Part shown: positions 58,527-64,000 of the stretch, piece by piece
How positions within the stretch are numbered: the stretch's first letter is position 1
Layout: each line of letters opens with the position of its first letter
Source of the DNA: Verrucomicrobiota bacterium
Lineage (GTDB): Bacteria > Verrucomicrobiota > Verrucomicrobiia > Limisphaerales > SIBE01
Length of the DNA stretch: 64,000 nt
Direction of reading: 5' to 3'
NCBI GenBank assembly: GCA_046346765.1
Contig: JAXMHN010000017.1
Location: forward strand, 5,437 to 69,436
Program-made: the position numbers and the translations under genes
Notes under the pieces: model-generated
Told to the model about the DNA's origin: nothing
The model's database searches: none
Seen by the model: the letters and a program-made list of their open reading frames with translations, nothing else

Positions 58527-58642
58527 CGTCCGGCCGCCAGGGCTGGGAACCAGTTTGTTTTTGCGCGGACTAACAGCCGTTCGTGGGCCAATGTCCGGCC
58601 GCACTGCCACTGAATCTACCTACCGGTATGAACGGCGCGCCG

Positions 58643-59818
58643 TGACAAGCGGCATCATCGAAACGGCCGGGACGACCTTTCTTTGCTGATTGCGGTGCGC
58701 TGGTTCCACGCGGGGGCGACGGCCAAGGCGCTCATCGCCGGCGGCGGCAGCTTGGGATTGATCATCTCCCGGTGGTGGTTTCGACCGTAGCCCGGCTCGG
58801 TTGGAGCACCGCCCAGGCAGCCGCTCGGATCGCGCTGGTTGGCGCCTTCTGTTTCATCACCATGGCCTTGATCCCCTGGCTGCCGGTCTTTGTGGCTGGC
58901 AGCATCCTCGACTGGACCGCCTCGGCCGCTGCCATCCCACTGATGACCCAAATTTACCAGGAGAATTACCCGGAGAATTCGCGTGGACACCTGTTCTCCC
59001 GAACCGTGATGATTCGGATCGCGGTCGCGGCCCTCTTCAGCTACCTGGCGGGCCGGATACTCTCCCGCGGGATCGAGCGCTTTGCCTGGTTGCTCCTGGC
59101 TTTGCCGGCGCCTTCGCGTTCGCAAGCTGGTGTCTCAACCGCACTCCTCCAAACCGTTGACCGAAGTGGGCGGCACCCATCCCTTTGCGCGCCGCCTTGC
59201 GTTTTGTCAAGGAGGACGCGCTGTTTCGGCGGGGACGCTGGTCTGTTGGATGTTGATGGGCTTTGCCAATCTGATGATGCTGCCGATGCGGGTGGAGTAT
59301 TTGGCCAACCCCAAATACCAGCTCGCCCTGCATGTCACTCAGATCGCTTTCCTCACTGGGGTGGTCCCGGAACCTGGCCCGTTTGGTCATGAGCCCGATC
59401 TGGGGCTGGCTTTTCGATCGAATGAACTTCTTCGCCTTGCGCATTACTCTGAACATCGGGTTCGCCATCGGGATTCTGGCGTTCTTTACGAGCACCGATT
59501 CGAGCGGGTTGCTCTTGGGCGCTATCGTCTCGGTATTTCGAATGCAGGCGGGGATGTCGCCTGGAGTTTATGGGTGACGAAGTTCTCCCTCCCGATCACG
59601 TCGCCGATTACATGGCCGTCCATACGTTCTTCACAGGCGTGCGTGGAGTCATGGCGCCGATCGTTGCGTTTCACGCCATTCAGACCCTGGAAATCCACTA
59701 TCTAGGATGGATCGCGGCCGTTCTGATCTTCCTTTCCTGCCTTTTGCTGGTCCCCGAGCTGAAAGCTGGCCGGACGGCGCGTCGCGCCAAACCGGCCATC
59801 GAGGAATTGTCGGAATAG
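58643..59818 (+). pseudogene. MFS-type transporter, at least 5 frame disruptions
   Basis: Hydrophobic, transporter-like sequence continues across ORFs 58772.., 58801.., 59082.., 59332.. and 59570..59818 in all three frames (e.g. ..LMTQIYQENYPENSRGHLFSRT.., ..MLMGFANLMMLPMRVEYL.., ..IWGWLFDRMNFF.., ..MAVHTFFTGVRGVMAPIVAF..). The 5' end is approximate. Confidence 0.5.
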
Positions 59819-59838
59819 CCGCCCGTCAAGCCGGCCGC

Positions 59839-62811
59839 CTAAAAGAGGGATTGCTCCACCTCAATGATGTCGCCGGCTTGAAGCCAGACCTTATCTTCGA
59901 CTTGCTTGAGCCGCTTCAGATCATCAAACCGGTAGAGGGTGGAGCTGCCATCGCGGCTGAGCAGGATCTTGTTCCTGTTGGCGGTGGGAGCGAACCCGGC
60001 GGCACGCGCGATCCCTTCGAGAAGATCGACTTTCTGATCTAGCGGGAGCATGACGAGACCCGGCCGGTTCACCTGGCCGAGGACGCTGACGCCATTGCCG
60101 GCAGGCGCCACATCCTGGAGAGCAGCCCGGGAGTTCGGCGCCAGGGCCCTGCCACCTAAGGTTTCGATCGCCGCCTGCACCAGCTCAAGATCCTCCGCCG
60201 TCGCTCGGACCATCAGGATGCCGGTCAGGTCATTGTAAAAGACGGCCTTGTTCGGCGCATCCATATCGACGCCCAACTGCACCAGTAATTGCCGAACGGC
60301 TCGCTGAACCTGGCGGGCCCGGTCGGGTCGCGCCTCGCCGCCGTCCTCCCCCGGCCGGCTGGACCGCCTCATCTGGATCTCGTTCTGCAAATACTTTTGT
60401 TGCTGGACAAGCGCTTCCCTGGACTCGCCGCGTCCGGCCGGCTTCTGCGCCAGCTCCTCCTCAGCCTTTTGAAGCCGCTCTTCCAAAGCGCGCACCTCCG
60501 CCGGATCGGCCTTGGCCGGGAGGGAGATTCCGAAGGCATTCTCCAAGCCCGCTAAGAAGGTGTTGGTCTCGACCCGAAAGGTGCGCACCTGCAGTCGGAT
60601 GGGCTGATTGGGCAGAGGCGAAGCCGGCGCAAAGGCCGGCCCGGCGCCCGGAGAGAAAACAACGCCATACTCCTCGATGGAATAGCGGAGCGGCTGTTCG
60701 GCAATGCGGGTCATAGCGTCGAGGACGTCTCGCAGTCGGACATCATGCAACTGCAGGTGGATGATCAGGCTGGCCACGTCGCCCACCGTCGAGGGAATGG
60801 GGATCCCAGTGGCCGGGTCAATCCGCAGGGCCTGGTTGACAGGTATGCCCGTCGTCGGATCGATTCCGCCGAACGCGGCCCCGCTTTCTGGCACGTTACT
60901 GATCAGGAAATTGAGTCCCTGTTTGGCCGGGTCGCGAAGGCGGGCTTCGTTCTTCAAGTCTTTGACGATCTCAAACAAAGGCAGCCCTTCATAAGTCACA
61001 TCCGGAAGCACGATCTGGTTTAACTTCGCCTCGATCTGTTGTTTTCCGCGACTGGCTCGGGCCGGTCCGGCGGCGCCGCTCGCCCCCCGGTTGGCCGGCG
61101 GCCTAATCCCGTAGCGCTCGAGTAATTTCTGGTCCATATGGAATCCCGGGGAGGAGGAGGCCGGCTCCTCCGCCACCGGTGGCTCGGGCTCAGGCTCCGG
61201 CGGCGGGCCAGCAGGACTCGGCGTCGGAACTGGGTTGGACGACGGCTGTAGCCCATAGCGAACCCGTAGCGCCTCGTCTGCTTTGGTGCCGCCCGCGCCC
61301 GGGCCGCGTCCAAGCCTGGTCGGCCCTTTCAATTGGGCCGCCTCCAGGGCCGTCAAATATCGGGCCGCCTCTTGGTTGGCGGGATTCCGCCGCAGGGCCT
61401 CCTGCAGCTTCTCGCGGGCTTCTTGGATCTTGCCGGTCTCGGCCAGTAGCCGCGCGTCTGACACCAGCGTCTCCGCGCGGCTTGGAGTCACTGCCGCAGA
61501 TTCGGGCGCAACCGCCGGGGCGACGGCCACGGTTGGCGGAGGCGCATCGGCGACCGCCTGCTCGGGAGACACGGCCGCGGCGGCAAACAACCCCATCGCG
61601 ACGAAGGAACGTTTCCAAGTTTGCGTGATTGTATTCATACTGTTTGCGTTTGTTTTAGGACCGACCCAGGCGGTGGAAATCATGGCGGCGGCAACAAAGG
61701 CGGCCGGGACAAAGGCGCGCAGAGCGCGGGTGTGCTTTCGATTGAGAGGCGACCAACGTCCCCGTAAACGGACTAGCCGCTCTACTCGTCGTCCAAGGCC
61801 CGAGCGGAACCCCGGTCCGGTCGCCCCGATCCAGCCGAGCGGCTGGCGTTGCGCCACCATCGAAGCCAGCTGAACCAAACATTCCGCCAGCATCTCCGGA
61901 CCACGCGTCACCACCAGGCTGGCTTCATCGGCCACCGACTCAGCCGCGGCCCGCAGCTGGTGCCGCGTCCACCACATTAAGGGATGCCACCAGAGCAGCG
62001 CCGTCGTCAGGTCGACCAGCCATTGCCAGACCGGATCACGTCCTGCCAGGTGGGCCAGTTCATGGGCAAGAACCGCTTCCTGTTGCGCCGGGGAGAAGCG
62101 CTTGGCGAAATTCTGCGGTAACCCGACGGTCGGCCTCAATGCGCCGAATGCGATCGGCCCAGTCAGCCGTGGGGATTCCAAAACGCTGACCCGGCCGCGA
62201 AAGCCCATCCGCTCCGCGATCACGGCCACCCGCGCCAACAAGGCCGAATCGGCGACTGTGCGCAGGTGCGCGACGAAAAAGAAAAGAAACAAGACCCGGC
62301 CGAAGATGACGGCTGCCAAGGCGGCAGCGCTGCCGAAGAACCATACCAACTCAGGCCAGGGCAGTGAATGTCCCTGCAGCCACGGTTCGTCCACCCAGCT
62401 ATCGTCCGGAACCGATCGGCCGATTCTTCCGTCGGGTTCGGGGCCCGGATGCAAGTGGCTTCGTCTGGCCGCCAACCGCGCCGCCACCTCCGTCCGAAAA
62501 GCCGGCGTGAGACGAGGCGCTCCGAAAGATTCGGGTGCCGCCGGCTGGACAGCGCTCGGCGACTCGTCAAAGGAAGCGGCAGCTGGAAACCAGGTGCGCA
62601 TTCGCTCGCGGAGGGAAAGAGAAAAGCCACTGACTTCCACCAGGCACAGAAGCGCGGCCCCGACCGTGGCGGCTTGCCAGATGGCGCGGTGCCAAGAGAC
62701 GGAAGCGGTTCTCCTTTGCAGGCAAGCCGCGACGCCGACGAGGAGCGTCATTTCAACCGACAATAGCCCGAGGGTTTGCAGGCACGGCATCCATTCCGCC
62801 GGGATGGTCAT
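59839..62811 (-). CDS. BlaR1/MecR1-type M56 metallopeptidase signal transducer with long C-terminal secretin-N-like and SLBB-like domains
   Basis: 990-aa ORF. HELAHLAGRD zinc motif after 4 TM segments. C-terminal part: ..KLNQIVLPDVTYEGLPLFEIV.., ..VFYNDLTGILMVRATAEDLELVQAAIETL.. (secretin N-domain-like) and ..VSVLGQVNRPGLVMLP..LLEGIARAGG.. (SLBB/polysaccharide-export-like). The ATG overlaps the blaI stop (ATGA, 62808-62811). Confidence 0.85.
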   Translation of the reverse strand: MTIPAEWMPCLQTLGLLSVEMTLLVGVAACLQRRTASVSWHRAIWQAATVGAALLCLVEVSGFSLSLRERMRTWFPAAASFDESPSAVQPAAPESFGAPRLTPAFRTEVAARLAARRSHLHPGPEPDGRIGRSVPDDSWVDEPWLQGHSLPWPELVWFFGSAAALAAVIFGRVLFLFFFVAHLRTVADSALLARVAVIAERMGFRGRVSVLESPRLTGPIAFGALRPTVGLPQNFAKRFSPAQQEAVLAHELAHLAGRDPVWQWLVDLTTALLWWHPLMWWTRHQLRAAAESVADEASLVVTRGPEMLAECLVQLASMVAQRQPLGWIGATGPGFRSGLGRRVERLVRLRGRWSPLNRKHTRALRAFVPAAFVAAAMISTAWVGPKTNANSMNTITQTWKRSFVAMGLFAAAAVSPEQAVADAPPPTVAVAPAVAPESAAVTPSRAETLVSDARLLAETGKIQEAREKLQEALRRNPANQEAARYLTALEAAQLKGPTRLGRGPGAGGTKADEALRVRYGLQPSSNPVPTPSPAGPPPEPEPEPPVAEEPASSSPGFHMDQKLLERYGIRPPANRGASGAAGPARASRGKQQIEAKLNQIVLPDVTYEGLPLFEIVKDLKNEARLRDPAKQGLNFLISNVPESGAAFGGIDPTTGIPVNQALRIDPATGIPIPSTVGDVASLIIHLQLHDVRLRDVLDAMTRIAEQPLRYSIEEYGVVFSPGAGPAFAPASPLPNQPIRLQVRTFRVETNTFLAGLENAFGISLPAKADPAEVRALEERLQKAEEELAQKPAGRGESREALVQQQKYLQNEIQMRRSSRPGEDGGEARPDRARQVQRAVRQLLVQLGVDMDAPNKAVFYNDLTGILMVRATAEDLELVQAAIETLGGRALAPNSRAALQDVAPAGNGVSVLGQVNRPGLVMLPLDQKVDLLEGIARAAGFAPTANRNKILLSRDGSSTLYRFDDLKRLKQVEDKVWLQAGDIIEVEQSLF

Positions 62812-63194
62812 AGCTGCTTCTTCCTTTCCGCAATCAGACGTTCCAGTTCACTCAATTCGTCCCAGCCGACCTCACGCGTGTTCAAAAGGTGGCTAACAAC
62901 ATCGGTCAAGCTGCCGGCGAAGAGCCGCTCCACCAAATGATCGGCCATGCCGCGCGTGACTGCCTCTTCGCCAACGGCCGCGCGATAAAGAAAGCTGCGC
63001 CCATCCAATCGGTGCTTGACCAGGCCGCGGGCCTCCATCTTTCGGAGCATGGTGGCGATCGTGGTGTAGGCGAGTTCCTTCTGATTTTGGAGTTGCTGGT
63101 GGATTTCGGCGACGGTGGCCTGGTCGCGCGACCAGAGGATCTTCATGATCTGGAGTTGCAGGTCTCCGAGGCGATGGATTTTGGTGTGTCTCAC
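62808..63194 (-). CDS. BlaI/MecI/CopY-family winged-helix transcriptional repressor
   Basis: LGDLQLQIMKILWSRDQATVAEIHQQL..AYTTIATMLRKMEARGLV.. is typical of the family. The start is either GTG at 63194 or TTG at 63218. Confidence 0.85.
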   Translation of the reverse strand: MRHTKIHRLGDLQLQIMKILWSRDQATVAEIHQQLQNQKELAYTTIATMLRKMEARGLVKHRLDGRSFLYRAAVGEEAVTRGMADHLVERLFAGSLTDVVSHLLNTREVGWDELSELERLIAERKKQL

Positions 63195-63223
63195 AGCAAA
63201 CCGGCTATCAACTACCAAAGTAA

Positions 63224-63239
63224 TACTACCTCGGTAGTA
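63224..63239. promoter_or_regulatory. candidate BlaI operator: TACTACC-TC-GGTAGTA inverted repeat
   Basis: Perfect 7-bp inverted repeat 30 nt upstream of the GTG start. An extra ACTACC half-site lies at 63211-63216. Confidence 0.4.
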
Positions 63240-63384
63240 AATGTCAAGCCTTCTTGGCTCCGGGAGCCGCCCGGTCCCCTCCCATCACCAGCGGACGGAA
63301 ACGAAGGGACGCAACTCAAAGCTTGTGCGTCTGCGGGGATCCCAACCGAAGTAAGCCGAAGGCAGACTTTCAGCTTAGCGTCAG

Positions 63385-64000
63385 CTAAGGGACAAGCACC
63401 AGCCGATAGAAACGACGCGGCAAATCACTGGCCGCGGGATCGGCGAAGTTGGGAGCATCACCGACATGAGAGATCTGGACTTCGCGGAAGCTTTCCCAGG
63501 TGAGCATGTCGTTGGAGACCTGGATTTCGTACGCGAGACCTGGCACAGCGCCCATGACAGCCAATTCAAAAGGCAGGCCTCGTCCCACCCAGAACCTGGG
63601 AATGGCTCCGGGACCACCGAATGCGCCCATGTCATTGCGAACGGTTCCGAGCGAAGGCGGAAATGAGACGTCGTTGTCGACACTATTGGTCGTTCCCCGG
63701 TCGATGCACGGGGAACCGGAGACAATGATTAGCTCGCTTGGGCTCAGGAAGATCGGATTGACGCCGGGCAAGTTGCCTTCGCCTGGAAAGCCCAGTTGGA
63801 CATTGCTGTAGCGGACTTGGGTGGTGCTATTGGTCGCAATCTGGGCACCACCGTTATTGTTAAAGAAGACGATCGAACTTAGGACATCAACGACTCCACC
63901 TGTTACGCCAATTCCCTGTCCATTGTTATAGGCAACTTGGGAGTTGACGATCTTCGCTGTCACGGTCGGAGAAGCGATGCAAACGCCCGTCCCGAGGTTG
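63385..64000 (-). CDS. secreted right-handed beta-helix repeat protein, N-terminus beyond window edge
   Basis: The frame stays open upstream of the listed GTG (63963) to the window end. Beta-helix-type repeats (..NNGQGIGVTGGVV..FFNNNGGAQI..). The C-terminal module ends in RRFYRLVLVP. Confidence 0.65.
   Translation of the reverse strand, partial: NLGTGVCIASPTVTAKIVNSQVAYNNGQGIGVTGGVVDVLSSIVFFNNNGGAQIATNSTTQVRYSNVQLGFPGEGNLPGVNPIFLSPSELIIVSGSPCIDRGTTNSVDNDVSFPPSLGTVRNDMGAFGGPGAIPRFWVGRGLPFELAVMGAVPGLAYEIQVSNDMLTWESFREVQISHVGDAPNFADPAASDLPRRFYRLVLVP

Overview
High-GC (about 60%) bacterial chromosomal window. The gene content looks like Verrucomicrobiota or another PVC-group organism. This rests on two orphan prepilin/DUF1559-type genes, LamG, PA14 and LTD-CotH giant secreted proteins, a CRTAC1/ASPIC protein, and BlaI/BlaR1 with exotic C-terminal domains. 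The taxon is inference only. All family calls come from motif recognition in the supplied translations; no searches were run.

Content in order:
- an edge ORF missing from the ORF track, then a short adenylate-forming enzyme, a pilin-like protein, a double beta-helix lipoprotein, a TPR protein and a CRTAC1-like protein
- a roughly 5.8 kb PA14x3/LamGx4 adhesin gene split by a frameshift cluster
- a CHASE histidine kinase, frameshifted
- uppS, purA and a long Hsp70 paralog, all riddled with frame changes, followed by an intact Hsp70 paralog and a DUF2760-like gene
- a co-directional LTD-CotH / TSUP / GH59-discoidin / LTD-CotH cluster (15.5 kb)
- a membrane TrkA-N/RyR protein, a lipoprotein, a second pilin-like gene, GDPD, a GAF histidine kinase and Fpg/Nei
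- cstA with an unusual tail, nadD-rsfS, a PUR-like protein, a Ser/Thr kinase, a PQQ propeller and an aldehyde dehydrogenase
- a spermidine-synthase-like pair, a frameshifted MFS gene, blaR1-blaI, and a beta-helix protein running off the edge

I saw no tRNA, rRNA, CRISPR array, transposase, integrase or recognisable defence system.

Most noteworthy:
- sharply localised clusters of frame disruptions, including essential genes, next to perfectly intact multi-kb ORFs
- the poorly understood DUF2760-Hsp70-Hsp70 module
- the CotH/TSUP/GH59 cluster
- a short C-terminal module ending in FYR shared by four large secreted proteins
- a CstA with a YbdD/YjiX-like ...RCC tail
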